IMG/VR virus record: IMGVR_UViG_3300012667_000266
Span: 1-63,030 of that record
DNA from: a virus
Taxonomy: Duplodnaviria > Caudoviricetes
Reading direction: 5' to 3' (one strand)
DNA length: 63,030 bases
The notes below the pieces were generated by a model. It searched no databases. It was not told the origin of the DNA and saw nothing but the letters and a program-made list of their open reading frames with translations. This document shows positions 8,522-18,269 of this stretch, piece after piece. Numbering within the stretch: the stretch's first letter is position 1; the number at the start of each line of letters is the position of its first letter. Made by a program: the position numbers and the translations under genes.

Positions 8522-9265
8522 ATGGATTATCACTTTACACACCTCGTCTCACTGAAACCTAAGCAGCTTCAGAACTATCTGGTCGAGCACATCCCAAGTC
8601 AGGTGCATCGCAACCGCTTGCGTGCAGAGATTAAAGAATATAAAGAACAGCTACGGGCCGAGCGCATATCGAAGCACCAGCACAACAAACTTTGGGGCGC
8701 GTTGTTGCGAGACCTCAAGTACGAGCGTAGCAATGCAACAGTTGGCCGAGCGTACAAAGCCAAGCAACCCACACCTGAGCGAGACACGGCCTTCGATGCG
8801 TACATCAAGGTGCTTGACCGCTTGCTCACACTACTGCAAGACAACTACCGACAGACGGGGCAAACGCCTAGCGAACTAGCCCGTGAGAAGAACGTGCCCA
8901 ACAACGGCTCGCATTGGACTGACTGGGTGCCTGAGACCGTGAAGATTAAAACGCAAACGCTATTCGATGGCATCCCTTATCAAGCAAAGGCAAAGCGCAA
9001 GACCCCTTTCGCTCGCAAGCAACGCCCCGATGTGAAGAAGACCAACAAGGACGGCGAGAAAGTATCCGCACTCGATGCCATGCGTCAGCAGGTAGAGGAG
9101 GAGTTGGGATTCAAGCGGCGTGAGAACCTCATACTAGAGGACGACAAGATTAAAAACAAAATTCACGACCTCATGCGTGTGCAAGCATGGCTTGAGGCGG
9201 CGACAACATCAACCGCACTGCCGAACACATGGCATGGCGTGTTACGTCTTTTGAAAGGGGAATGA
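8522..9265 (+). CDS. Hypothetical protein
   Basis: Long ORF, basic and helical; start taken at MDYHF. Confidence 0.7.
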   Translation: MDYHFTHLVSLKPKQLQNYLVEHIPSQVHRNRLRAEIKEYKEQLRAERISKHQHNKLWGALLRDLKYERSNATVGRAYKAKQPTPERDTAFDAYIKVLDRLLTLLQDNYRQTGQTPSELAREKNVPNNGSHWTDWVPETVKIKTQTLFDGIPYQAKAKRKTPFARKQRPDVKKTNKDGEKVSALDAMRQQVEEELGFKRRENLILEDDKIKNKIHDLMRVQAWLEAATTSTALPNTWHGVLRLLKGE

Positions 9266-9266
9266 T

Positions 9267-9551
9267 ATGTTGAAGATTGACGCAATGAAAGAAGCGGCCT
9301 TCGCTGACGACGCACGCGACAAGTTGCGTGAAGTGTTGTGGCACGACAGCAACACAGGCAAGTTCTATTACAAGGACACAGGCACAGAGGCAGGATGCCT
9401 CGACCCTGCCAAGGGCATACGCATCAAGGTAGGAAAACGCCATTACTGGGCACATCGCTTGGCTTGGTTGTTCGCATGGGGTCGATGGCCTAGCCGCTTA
9501 CGGCACATGGATGGGGACAAGACAAACAATCGCTTGTCCAACTTGTATTGA
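9267..9551 (+). CDS. HNH endonuclease-like protein (short)
   Basis: YWAHRLAW...RHMDGDKTNNRLSNL is a typical phage HNH motif. Confidence 0.75.
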   Translation: MLKIDAMKEAAFADDARDKLREVLWHDSNTGKFYYKDTGTEAGCLDPAKGIRIKVGKRHYWAHRLAWLFAWGRWPSRLRHMDGDKTNNRLSNLY

Positions 9552-9554
9552 AAA

Positions 9555-9571
9555 CGGGTCGGACTGACCCG
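9555..9571. repeat. Palindromic repeat, copy 3
   Basis: CGGGTCGGACTGACCCG, intergenic. Confidence 0.75.
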
Positions 9572-9618
9572 AAAAGGTTAGCGGTGTGCCTTCTCACACC
9601 GCATCAAAGGAGAGAGTA

Positions 9619-9825
9619 ATGAAATCATGTAGAAATTGCGCCCATTCACGCCATGATGGGTCAGCGTATCGCCCCGCCCTGATATGCAGGCTTTGGGCAG
9701 GCACTCCAGTCGAAGTTGTTGCGGCGTTCTCTACCTCGATACAAGAGAACCAAAGCAATGACAAGAAAGCACAAGGCAGGGCACAGAGTTGCAGAGATTA
9801 CACAACAGAAGGAGAAACAGTATGA
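9619..9825 (+). CDS. Small Cys-containing hypothetical protein
   Basis: MKSCRNCAHS...C...C, SD AAGGAG. Confidence 0.6.
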   Translation: MKSCRNCAHSRHDGSAYRPALICRLWAGTPVEVVAAFSTSIQENQSNDKKAQGRAQSCRDYTTEGETV

Positions 9826-10022
9826 AGACAGTATCAATCGGAACCATGCGTGATGACGGCGACTTCGCAATCATCGCTACGCTCAACAACAACGATGAGC
9901 ACATGACAGACAAGGACTTCGACGAACTCAAGATGGCACTCGTCCTGACCATCGCTAACTACACAGACAAGCAAATCATGGTGCTCGAACGCCAAGATGC
10001 GCCTGACTACGTAACCATTTAA
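9822..10022 (+). CDS. Hypothetical protein
   Basis: SD AGGAG, ATGA overlap with the upstream gene. Confidence 0.6.
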   Translation: MKTVSIGTMRDDGDFAIIATLNNNDEHMTDKDFDELKMALVLTIANYTDKQIMVLERQDAPDYVTI

Positions 10023-10039
10023 CAACAAGGAGAAAGCAA

Positions 10040-11470
10040 ATGACATACGACAGCAAACTCGATGCGCTCAACGTAGCGACCAACATCCATGTAGCTTTGC
10101 GCTTATTGCGTAGCGGTAACAGTGCCGAGGTATGCACACCCGTTGTGTACCCTCGTGCAGACGGCGGCTTCGACGTAGCTAACCGATTCAGGCACGTAAC
10201 TACCCTCGCATCCAACCCGTGGCATCGTGCACTTCAATCACGCTGGCAACTACATCCCGCCATCGACAAGTTGATTCAGTACTACCGACCACACGACTGG
10301 CAACTGTTAGTCATGGAGTACCCACATCAAGCTGAGACAGACCGTTCACGCATCGCATACACCCAGTCAGTGCGTAAGGGCGAGGCGGATATACAGACCG
10401 TTACTAGCTTAGGCAAGTACATACGCAGACACTTCCCTCAAGTCAGTGACCACGTCATCCGTGACACGGTCGCGGCGTATAGCGTTGTCGGTTGCAAGAT
10501 TGTGCGTACCACTGCCGAGATGATTTACCACATACATCGTGGCCCTCAGTCATGTATGCAGAAAGCTGACTGGGATGTCAACACACATCCGTATCGTGCG
10601 TACTGTCCGACCCTTGGTTGGGGCTTGGCCGTGCGTGAGGCTGGCGGTGACACTGTCGGTCGTGCCTTGGTCAATGAGCGTAGCAAGACGTATGTGCGTA
10701 CCTACCTCAAGCGTGATTCGTTTTCACACAGCGACCACGAGTTAGAGGCATGGTTGCAACAGCAGGGCTACGGCAAGGCATCCGACTGGGAAGACTTGCA
10801 TCTCTTGTACATCGAGCATCGTGGTTCTTTCCTTGCACCATACATCGACGGCGACATCAAGGACGTAGACGTAGCGTATGAGGGTGACGTGCAAGTGCTC
10901 AACGTGGTAGAGGATGGCGCGTATCGTTGCGACCAGACCGATGGCACAGCGCAAGACAATGACGGCACTACGTGCGAGGACTGCGGCGAGCGTTGCTCTG
11001 AGGGTGACGGCTACTGGGTAGGACGTAGCGAAGACCGATTCGTGTGTGACAACTGTTGCGACAACGACTACACCTATGCGTACTCACGCAACGGCTATCA
11101 GAAATACATCGACAGCAGCGACACGACATACGTCAACGGCGAGCACTACGACACGGAATATCTGTCAGACAACGGCATCGTCGAGCTTGACAACGGCGAC
11201 TACGAGCACAGTGACAACGCTGTGTACGTCGAGAGCCGCGATGCGTACTACCACTGCGATGACGAAGACATCTGCTACGACGACTACAACAACCAGTACG
11301 AGATGCGTAGTGACTGTGTCGAGTTAGCTGACGGCGGTATGTGCCACGAAGACAACGCATGGCAATGCGAGCACACCAAAGAATGGTATAGCGACAGCGA
11401 CGACTACGTCGAGGTAGACGGCAAACGCTATCACCCCGACCATGCACCCGAAACAACAGAAGGAGAATGA
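10040..11470 (+). CDS. Hypothetical protein with acidic Cys/Asp/Tyr-rich repeated C-terminal region
   Basis: 476 aa; SCM and PYID motifs; CEDC...CDNC zinc-ribbon-like segment followed by D/Y-rich repeats. Confidence 0.8.
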   Translation: MTYDSKLDALNVATNIHVALRLLRSGNSAEVCTPVVYPRADGGFDVANRFRHVTTLASNPWHRALQSRWQLHPAIDKLIQYYRPHDWQLLVMEYPHQAETDRSRIAYTQSVRKGEADIQTVTSLGKYIRRHFPQVSDHVIRDTVAAYSVVGCKIVRTTAEMIYHIHRGPQSCMQKADWDVNTHPYRAYCPTLGWGLAVREAGGDTVGRALVNERSKTYVRTYLKRDSFSHSDHELEAWLQQQGYGKASDWEDLHLLYIEHRGSFLAPYIDGDIKDVDVAYEGDVQVLNVVEDGAYRCDQTDGTAQDNDGTTCEDCGERCSEGDGYWVGRSEDRFVCDNCCDNDYTYAYSRNGYQKYIDSSDTTYVNGEHYDTEYLSDNGIVELDNGDYEHSDNAVYVESRDAYYHCDDEDICYDDYNNQYEMRSDCVELADGGMCHEDNAWQCEHTKEWYSDSDDYVEVDGKRYHPDHAPETTEGE

Positions 11471-12552
11471 ACATGAAAGCAACATCAATCTTGGCCAAGA
11501 CATTGGCACGCGGCTTATCGCTCAAGCGCCCACACAACGGCGTAGGTGTCGAGGCATTTACTGAATGGCTATGGGACAACGTGCCTGCTGAGTTACATCA
11601 GTACGTATGGCGTGACGCATCGGGCAACCTACACGTAGACAATCGCACACGACCCGAGCATCGCACGTTATTCGTAGCACACGTTGACACCGTGCATCGT
11701 GAGGATGGGGCTAACAAGATACGCAAGACCAAGGGTATGTGGTATGCCGACGGTGCGTGCTTAGGTGCGGATGACGGCGCAGGTGTAGCGATGCTCATGC
11801 ACATGATGCACAACAACGTAGCAGGGTATTACGTGTTCACGCAGGGCGAGGAGTGCGGCGGTATCGGCGCTAAGTTCTTGGCCAAGTATCAGCCTGAGTT
11901 GCTCGACCAGTTCGACCGTGCTATTGCGTTCGACCGCCGTGGTACAGACAGCGTCATCACGCATCAAGGGTATGGCCGCTGCTGCTCCGATGCGTTTGGC
12001 CAAGCGTTAGCCGATGCTTTGAATTCGGGTCAGTCTGACCTGATGTACTCGCCCGACAACACGGGGGTGTATACCGATACTGCCGAGTTCACCGACAACA
12101 TCCCTGAATGTACCAACCTGAGCATCGGGTATTACAGCGAGCATGGCGACCAAGAGCGTCTTGACATCTTTCACTATCAACATCTTTCTGTTGCTGTGTT
12201 GGCCGTGAACTGGGATGGTTTGCCAACCGAGCGCGACCCGAAGGTTCAAGAGTCGATGCTCAGTTATGGGAAATCCTACGGCGGCGTGTATGCGTGGCCA
12301 GAAGATGATGACATGGACTTCGAGAAGGAAGATGTGCTGTGGGCGTTGTATGACGCCAAGCTAGGCTATGTGGACGACCTGCTTGACCTAGTGGCTATGA
12401 GCGTGTACCCCGAAGACCCTGACCTTGCACTGCGACACCTCAACGCCAAGCGTTTGACCGAGAAGCTATGTGACGAGTTCAAAGAGATGGCCAAGTCGTT
12501 TGACGCACCGACTGTACTGGCTACTGTGTTCGATGCGTTGTATCAAGAGTAA
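11467..12552 (+). CDS. Zn-dependent exopeptidase (M20/M28-like)
   Basis: AHVDTVH, LGADDGAG, GEECGGIG, AFDRRG and a C-terminal His form the co-catalytic zinc ligand set. Confidence 0.85.
   Translation: MNMKATSILAKTLARGLSLKRPHNGVGVEAFTEWLWDNVPAELHQYVWRDASGNLHVDNRTRPEHRTLFVAHVDTVHREDGANKIRKTKGMWYADGACLGADDGAGVAMLMHMMHNNVAGYYVFTQGEECGGIGAKFLAKYQPELLDQFDRAIAFDRRGTDSVITHQGYGRCCSDAFGQALADALNSGQSDLMYSPDNTGVYTDTAEFTDNIPECTNLSIGYYSEHGDQERLDIFHYQHLSVAVLAVNWDGLPTERDPKVQESMLSYGKSYGGVYAWPEDDDMDFEKEDVLWALYDAKLGYVDDLLDLVAMSVYPEDPDLALRHLNAKRLTEKLCDEFKEMAKSFDAPTVLATVFDALYQE
12026..12042. repeat. Palindromic repeat, copy 4 (inside CDS)
   Basis: CGGGTCAGTCTGACCTG. Confidence 0.65.
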
Positions 12553-12562
12553 GGAGAAAGCA

Positions 12563-12877
12563 ATGAAGACAAGTGAAGTATTCAAGCGGGTGAAGATACA
12601 CCTATGCGATGGACATTACACGCACGCTCACAAGCGGTATATCTGCTCCGCGTTGCACTACCTATATCTGATGGGGGCAATCGGCGACAGAGACAGAACG
12701 AGATGTAAGCGCCTGATATGCACACACCTTGGCGACACGCACTCGCTTGAGCATTGGCTAATGCAAAACCACGGCATAAGGTTCAGACACTCACTCGAGT
12801 ACACAAAGAAAATCATGGCCACACGCAAGGCATGGCTCGACCACCTGATTACCCACTACGAAACCAAAGGAGATTGA
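12563..12877 (+). CDS. Hypothetical protein
   Basis: SD AAGGAG, MKTSEVFKRV...RKAWLDHLI. Confidence 0.7.
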   Translation: MKTSEVFKRVKIHLCDGHYTHAHKRYICSALHYLYLMGAIGDRDRTRCKRLICTHLGDTHSLEHWLMQNHGIRFRHSLEYTKKIMATRKAWLDHLITHYETKGD

Positions 12878-12878
12878 C

Positions 12879-13085
12879 ATGAGAATATTTGCACTTTTTG
12901 GAGACATTGAATTCTTAGATGACTACGAGAACACAGCGCTTGTTCGTAAGACGCATAGCTGTGCGTTCATGGATGAGGCTGAGGTCGAAGACCACGCGGT
13001 CAAACACGGGTGGGACTACGTCACGCCGCACTACTACAACGGGCGAATCACGTTCGTTCAGTTCCATAAGGAGAGTGACCACTAA
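12879..13085 (+). CDS. Hypothetical protein
   Basis: SD AAGGAG, 68 aa. Confidence 0.6.
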   Translation: MRIFALFGDIEFLDDYENTALVRKTHSCAFMDEAEVEDHAVKHGWDYVTPHYYNGRITFVQFHKESDH

Positions 13086-13095
13086 CCAAATATTT

Positions 13096-13113
13096 TTGTC
13101 TAGCGATGGACAA
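13096..13113. promoter_or_regulatory. Operator-like palindrome TGTC-N8-GACA, copy 2
   Basis: TTGTCTAGCGATGGACAA in an AT-rich intergenic gap upstream of 13145. Confidence 0.55.
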
Positions 13114-13144
13114 TTCGAGTATCATTTAAACAAAGGAGAAGGAA

Positions 13145-13735
13145 ATGACAGACATGAAATCTGCGCTTAGTAATGTCCTTAATGAATGGGACAAGCATGA
13201 AGAAACGATTCGTACACAACCACAGGAGAAACAAACAATGAAAACTAAAATCATTGCACACCGATTCAAACCAACCAACAACGCATCACGCGAAACATTC
13301 AACGCAGTCAGGGACTTTCCCAATCAGAAGGCAGCGTTCTATATTGAGATGCTTGCGAAGAAAGGTTTTAAGCAAACAACCGTACAAGCACTGCTCTATC
13401 AGATGGTCAGGTTCGGACAGATGGTCAAGGCCAAAGACGGATGCTTAGTTACTGTGGGTAGCGCATACACACCGATCAAGATGAAACGCAAAGGTAAAGA
13501 GATAAAGCCCGATGCCAAGGTCGTGCAAGCACTCATCGCAGAAGCAGACAAGCCAAGCAAGTCACTGACTGTGAACGTAGGCATTGCCGCGCTCAAGTCC
13601 GATGCTGCCCCCGCACCACGCAAGAACTCACTCATTCTCAACCGCGACTGGACACCATACAAGGCCATCGAGAACCTCAATGTGTTCCAAGCACGTGCGT
13701 TGTACGATGAACTCAAGAAAATGTTTGGAGAATAA
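13145..13735 (+). CDS. Hypothetical, possible winged-helix DNA-binding protein
   Basis: Basic; GFKQTTVQALLYQMVRFGQMVK resembles a wHTH recognition helix plus wing. Confidence 0.55.
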   Translation: MTDMKSALSNVLNEWDKHEETIRTQPQEKQTMKTKIIAHRFKPTNNASRETFNAVRDFPNQKAAFYIEMLAKKGFKQTTVQALLYQMVRFGQMVKAKDGCLVTVGSAYTPIKMKRKGKEIKPDAKVVQALIAEADKPSKSLTVNVGIAALKSDAAPAPRKNSLILNRDWTPYKAIENLNVFQARALYDELKKMFGE

Positions 13736-13736
13736 T

Positions 13737-14063
13737 ATGTTTGATTCACTATTCGGAACGTGCCGCACTGGTGGCGGTGACATATCTAACAAAGCACATC
13801 AAGACTCGCGACTTATACCCAAAGAAGTTCAAGAAAAGCTAGAGCTGCACCGACAAGTCCAAGACATCCAAAAGATTGTCGATGCGATGTGCAAGGTGTA
13901 CGTAGCAGCACACGCCAAGGACATCGAGGCACGCAACTACGCAGACAAGTACTTCCAAACTGACCAACCCATCGTTGACCGAGCCAAGTTGCTCGAACTG
14001 CAACGCAAAATCAAAATTGCAGAGATGGAACTAAGCGAACTGAAACGAGGACGAGGACTATGA
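13737..14063 (+). CDS. Hypothetical protein
   Basis: SD GGAG, MFDSLFG... Confidence 0.6.
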   Translation: MFDSLFGTCRTGGGDISNKAHQDSRLIPKEVQEKLELHRQVQDIQKIVDAMCKVYVAAHAKDIEARNYADKYFQTDQPIVDRAKLLELQRKIKIAEMELSELKRGRGL

Positions 14064-14287
14064 GAAAACTTTTAATTCAAGTGCGACGTATGTACGCGCA
14101 GATGTTCTATGTACCAAGCGCTGAGGTGTTAGCCCTGCGTGAGTTGGAAGAGGCTAAGCGTGAGCTGCTTGCTATGCAGACAGCCAAGGACTACTCAGGC
14201 CGCATGGTCGAGTACAACATGGACCGCATCCGACGACTGACGATGTACCTCAACAAAGCAATGGAAAACAAAGGAGACACACTATGA
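14060..14287 (+). CDS. Hypothetical protein
   Basis: 75 aa, coupled by ATGA overlaps. Confidence 0.65.
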   Translation: MRKLLIQVRRMYAQMFYVPSAEVLALRELEEAKRELLAMQTAKDYSGRMVEYNMDRIRRLTMYLNKAMENKGDTL

Positions 14288-14766
14288 AAATCGGAAAATG
14301 GGACAAAGAAGCAATCGTCAACGCAATCATGGCCGACGTGCCAAAGGTTGATAAGAAAAAGCGCAAGGAAGAAATCCAAGCTGCTATCGTCAAGGCTATG
14401 TCACCCGAGGCACGTAAGCTGTACAAGACTTGCCCCGACGCGTTGCGTACCTACTGCATTGGGGAATTGACTTACGACGGGTGCACTTGGAGTAGCCGTG
14501 ACGTCATCATCGGCGATGTAGGCGACGCTAAGCGTAAAGAAATCACCAAGCCGTATGAGGAAGAAGACAACAAACGACACGAGGCGCGGTACGCACTCAA
14601 GGCCGCAATCATGGCGTGTACTACCTTGAAGCAACTCAAAGACCGACTGCCTGAGTTTGACAAGTACTACCCAACCGCAGAGAAACCAATCACCACGCTG
14701 CCTGCACTGGCTAACGTCGTGTCGGACTTGAGCAAGCTGGGCTGGCCAAAGGGAGAGAAGAAATGA
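14284..14766 (+). CDS. Nmad5-like (nucleotide-modification-associated domain 5) protein
   Basis: KEAIVNAIMADVP...CTTLKQLKDRLPEFDKYYP resembles the Nmad5 family. Confidence 0.55.
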   Translation: MKIGKWDKEAIVNAIMADVPKVDKKKRKEEIQAAIVKAMSPEARKLYKTCPDALRTYCIGELTYDGCTWSSRDVIIGDVGDAKRKEITKPYEEEDNKRHEARYALKAAIMACTTLKQLKDRLPEFDKYYPTAEKPITTLPALANVVSDLSKLGWPKGEKK

Positions 14767-16071
14767 CCTACGCACTCAAGATCGCATCCATCATCACGCC
14801 CATAGCTGTGGCGTGGTTCATGTCCTACTTGCTTGGCGCGTTCGTATCCGCAAGCTGGAACCTTATTGACTGGACAGCACAGGCACGTATGCTCACTGCC
14901 CTTTGGGGTTGCATCTTTGCTTTCGCTGTGTGGTATCGGATGGAGCAAAGCCATGACTGACTTCCTAGAAAACGTGGCGCTAATGTTTGCGCTCATGGCG
15001 TCAGGTGCAGGTGTTACTGTTTTAGTGCTTGCGCTGTTTATCAAGTTACTTGACTACCTCGACAGCCGTGACAGATCGTAAACCCATAGGACTCAGCGTC
15101 CCATATCGCAAGATACCAACTCCAACGCTCGATGCGTTGGAGAAACAAGTCAAAGAACTGCACGAACGTGTGCAACGACTAGAGAAACTTTTAAAGGAAC
15201 TACGCAATGACTAAAGATGAATTGATAACGGTGCTCGGCATCGCAGGGGTAGACCCCAAAACCATTGAAGCCATGACACAGTCATACGAGATGGGCTTCG
15301 ACCACGGCGCTAAGGTAGGCGAGCAAATGCGTGAGGCTTTGGTTGAAGCTGCGTGCGTATGCACCGAGTACGACGCTGGGCATGAACCTGAGACTACTGC
15401 GTTTTGGGCTGCGTACAACCACCTAGGAACAATGCAATGACTTCACTATCAACATTCTCTTCTGACCTTGGTTGCCAAGTTTTGAACCCCGATGCGTTCA
15501 AGCCCGAAGTCATTAATGCGTTTCACCCCGACTACGTGAAGACGTACATGCCTGAGTTCATGGCCACGATTCGTTTAGAGGCTACGCAAAAAGCCAACGG
15601 CGTTATCAACGGCGGCAAGTCCAAAGCCAAGCGTGAGTCAGTGCATGGCAAGACAGTGAACTCAATCAACGTCTTCCCTAAGACGCAGTCAGTGCAACGC
15701 ACGATAGAGAAGCGCTTGACCAAAGCACAGCTCGATGCCAAGAAGAAAGAACTGTTGGATGTAAAGCACTTCTTTACATTCGCAAAGGCAGGTATGCCCA
15801 AAGGAGTTAAGTAATGACCTTAGATGAAAAAGACTGGATCATCATGCGCTTGTTGCGCGTGTTGCTTGAGAGTGGCCAGCACTCAGCACACCCCGATGTA
15901 ATACGCTCGATTGATTGGATGGCGGACACCGTACGTGACGCAGGCTACATCAAGGAAGACGACAAGTACAAGTCTTACGGCTTGGCCACGAACTACCTCT
16001 TGTACCTGATGAACGACCTCGCTAAAGAGTTCGACCCTAAACCACTACCTAAACACTGGAGAAGAACATGA
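14763..16071 (+). CDS. Run of small coupled hypothetical genes (14763-14960 and 14953-15081 membrane; about 15029-15214; 15207-15440; 15437-15814; 15814-16071)
   Basis: Contiguous + ORFs with overlapping stop/start codons; no recognisable domains. Confidence 0.6.
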
Positions 16072-16373
16072 CACACGAAGCAGGCAAGGGCGACAAGACA
16101 CGCCCAACAAACTGGGACCACTTCTCAGAGAACTTCGACCGCATCTTTGGTAAGAAAGAAACAACACTCGACACCAACCCAGAGACACGGGCGTGGTACA
16201 CGATAGATGAGTTGAATGAGAAGTTCGGCGGTGACGACGAAGTCGTCGAGGACGACGAAGATGAAATTTGTTCAGGATGCAGCGGCTCAGGCGAAGGTAT
16301 GTGGGACGGAGCCACATGCAACAAGTGCCACGGCAGTGGCGTAGAACCTTGCGAGAAGGAGGACGACATATGA
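16068..16373 (+). CDS. Small protein with DnaJ-type Cys-rich zinc finger
   Basis: CSGCSGSG...CNKCHGSG (CxxCxGxG twice) after an acidic linker. Confidence 0.65.
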   Translation: MTHEAGKGDKTRPTNWDHFSENFDRIFGKKETTLDTNPETRAWYTIDELNEKFGGDDEVVEDDEDEICSGCSGSGEGMWDGATCNKCHGSGVEPCEKEDDI

Positions 16374-17318
16374 CACCGACACCAAGACTGCGCTTTGTTG
16401 AGCGTTTAAAGATTACGCACATAGATAACGCAGGCAATTCCACGGGAGTGGCAATTCGTATCCTCCAGCAATGGTGGACTGTGACAGGGACAGAGCCAGA
16501 GTTTCAAGACCACTTTGGTGAATGGCGAGACGTACCACTGGAGAAAGAAAATGAAGATACACACAAGTAAAGAAGAGATGCTCGAAGCACTGGTGCGTGA
16601 CCTGACAGACATGTTGCGTGCAACGCCGAGTCGCAATGACACACTAGAAGAAGTTGCCAAGGAGTTCGACAGCATGAAAGTCTTCGGTGACACAGCGGCC
16701 AGCTTCGCTATCTTTGTACGGGGGATGAAGTCATGACTGACATTTACGCAAGCGAAGAAGAATCAAACGCATTGATTCAACCTGATACAAGAACACCAGA
16801 GCAAAAGAAAGCAGATAAGCTGGCTGACAAAAACTGGATGAACGAGCAAGGCGTAGAGCCACAGCGCACATGGGTTGGGCTGACGGACGAGGAGCTGGCT
16901 GAGTTTTCAGATGCAAAACTTGGCTCGTATGACTTATGTCTTGAAGTCGAAGCAAAACTCAAGGAGAAGAACACATGACTGAATGGGTGCTAATCACAAT
17001 GCTTTGTATGCGCACTTGCCAACCTCAATACGCAGAGGTAATGCCTGATAAGGCAACGTGTGAAAAGTACATCTCTGAAAAGGGTGGGGCACTGACGCGT
17101 CCATCGCACTACTGTGTGGCAAAAATAAAGGAGAAGAACACATGAGCCTCATCACTGCACAAAAAATGGCAGAAGACATTCTGAAAATAATGAATGACGT
17201 TGCCTCTGAATACCCCAAAGAAGAGCGTGAAGAGTTAAAGGCTGTCTTGCTTGGGCAGTTGGGTCTAGCGTTATTTAATGGCCCTGCTGTAACTGATGAG
17301 GAGAAGAACGATGCGTAA
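16370..17318 (+). CDS. Run of small cassette-like genes (16370-16570, 16551-16736, 16733-16978, 16975-17145, 17142-17318)
   Basis: Coupled ORFs; two end in KEKNT* through an identical 18-bp junction. The last two are under 60 aa and were read by eye. Confidence 0.6.
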
Positions 17319-17787
17319 GCGTAGCAAGTACAAGCCCAAGCCCATACGTGTGGACGTGATGGACTACGTGAAGTCAGGGCTGATGAAGTTCGACGACGTG
17401 AGCGTAGCTGTTGACCTGCGTATCAAGAACCACCAAGCGATGGAAGCGCTACGCTTAGGCCAAGCCACCAAGGATGACATTGACGTGCTCATCGGCACGT
17501 TCAACATGGTCGAAGGCTTTGCGCGGCTGCGTCCCGAACTTGGAGCGGACTGGCAAGCAGAGATCAAGGCTGGCCAAGATGCGCTGTACCACATGGGCCG
17601 TCGGGGTTCAACCACTGGCAAGTTTGTCTGCAAGGCTGACGAGTTGGTGGCCATGAACTTAGTCATGGAGATACACGACGCTCAACTTGACCAAGCAACA
17701 GTCAAAGACTTAGAGCTTGCGATGGACATCGTGAAAGAAGACTTCCGCAACAAGCGGATGCGACAAGTAAAGGAGAAGCAAGCATGA
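17311..17787 (+). CDS. Hypothetical protein
   Basis: SD AGGAG, MRKRSKYKPKPI... Confidence 0.75.
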   Translation: MRKRSKYKPKPIRVDVMDYVKSGLMKFDDVSVAVDLRIKNHQAMEALRLGQATKDDIDVLIGTFNMVEGFARLRPELGADWQAEIKAGQDALYHMGRRGSTTGKFVCKADELVAMNLVMEIHDAQLDQATVKDLELAMDIVKEDFRNKRMRQVKEKQA

Positions 17788-17978
17788 GTATCTTTAAAGT
17801 CCTAGTGTTGATCTTCGTGATCGCGCTAGTCACACCACTGACGACCACCATCTTTGATGCACTGTGTTGGTTTTATTCTGGCAGCACTTGCACGGGACTT
17901 ACATATGACAGTGTACGTATCACGATGCTGTTCATCACAACGATGTCAGCAATGATGCTGATGATCGCAATAATTTAA
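17784..17978 (+). CDS. Small membrane protein
   Basis: Two hydrophobic segments. Confidence 0.55.
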   Translation: MSIFKVLVLIFVIALVTPLTTTIFDALCWFYSGSTCTGLTYDSVRITMLFITTMSAMMLMIAII

Positions 17979-17990
17979 CAAGGAGAAAGC

Positions 17991-18257
17991 ATGAACCCCC
18001 ACGCAGTACACGCAGATTCATACGTAATAAGAACCATGAGAGGACACTATGTCAAAGACGACAACGGAATCTACCGACAATTTAAAACCAAAAGCCACGC
18101 GCAAGCGTTCGCAGAAAGCAACCTCACTGAAGACGTCTACGTCGTCCCAGTTCGTATCGCCATCACTCCCTCTTTCACAGGCCGACCTCGCCATGTGGTG
18201 GCCATTCACAAGGCTGGACCCAAAGAAGTTTCCAAAACCAATTACACCTATCTATGA
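17991..18257 (+). CDS. Hypothetical protein
   Basis: SD AAGGAG, 88 aa. Confidence 0.6.
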   Translation: MNPHAVHADSYVIRTMRGHYVKDDNGIYRQFKTKSHAQAFAESNLTEDVYVVPVRIAITPSFTGRPRHVVAIHKAGPKEVSKTNYTYL

Positions 18258-18269
18258 GGATGCACTACT

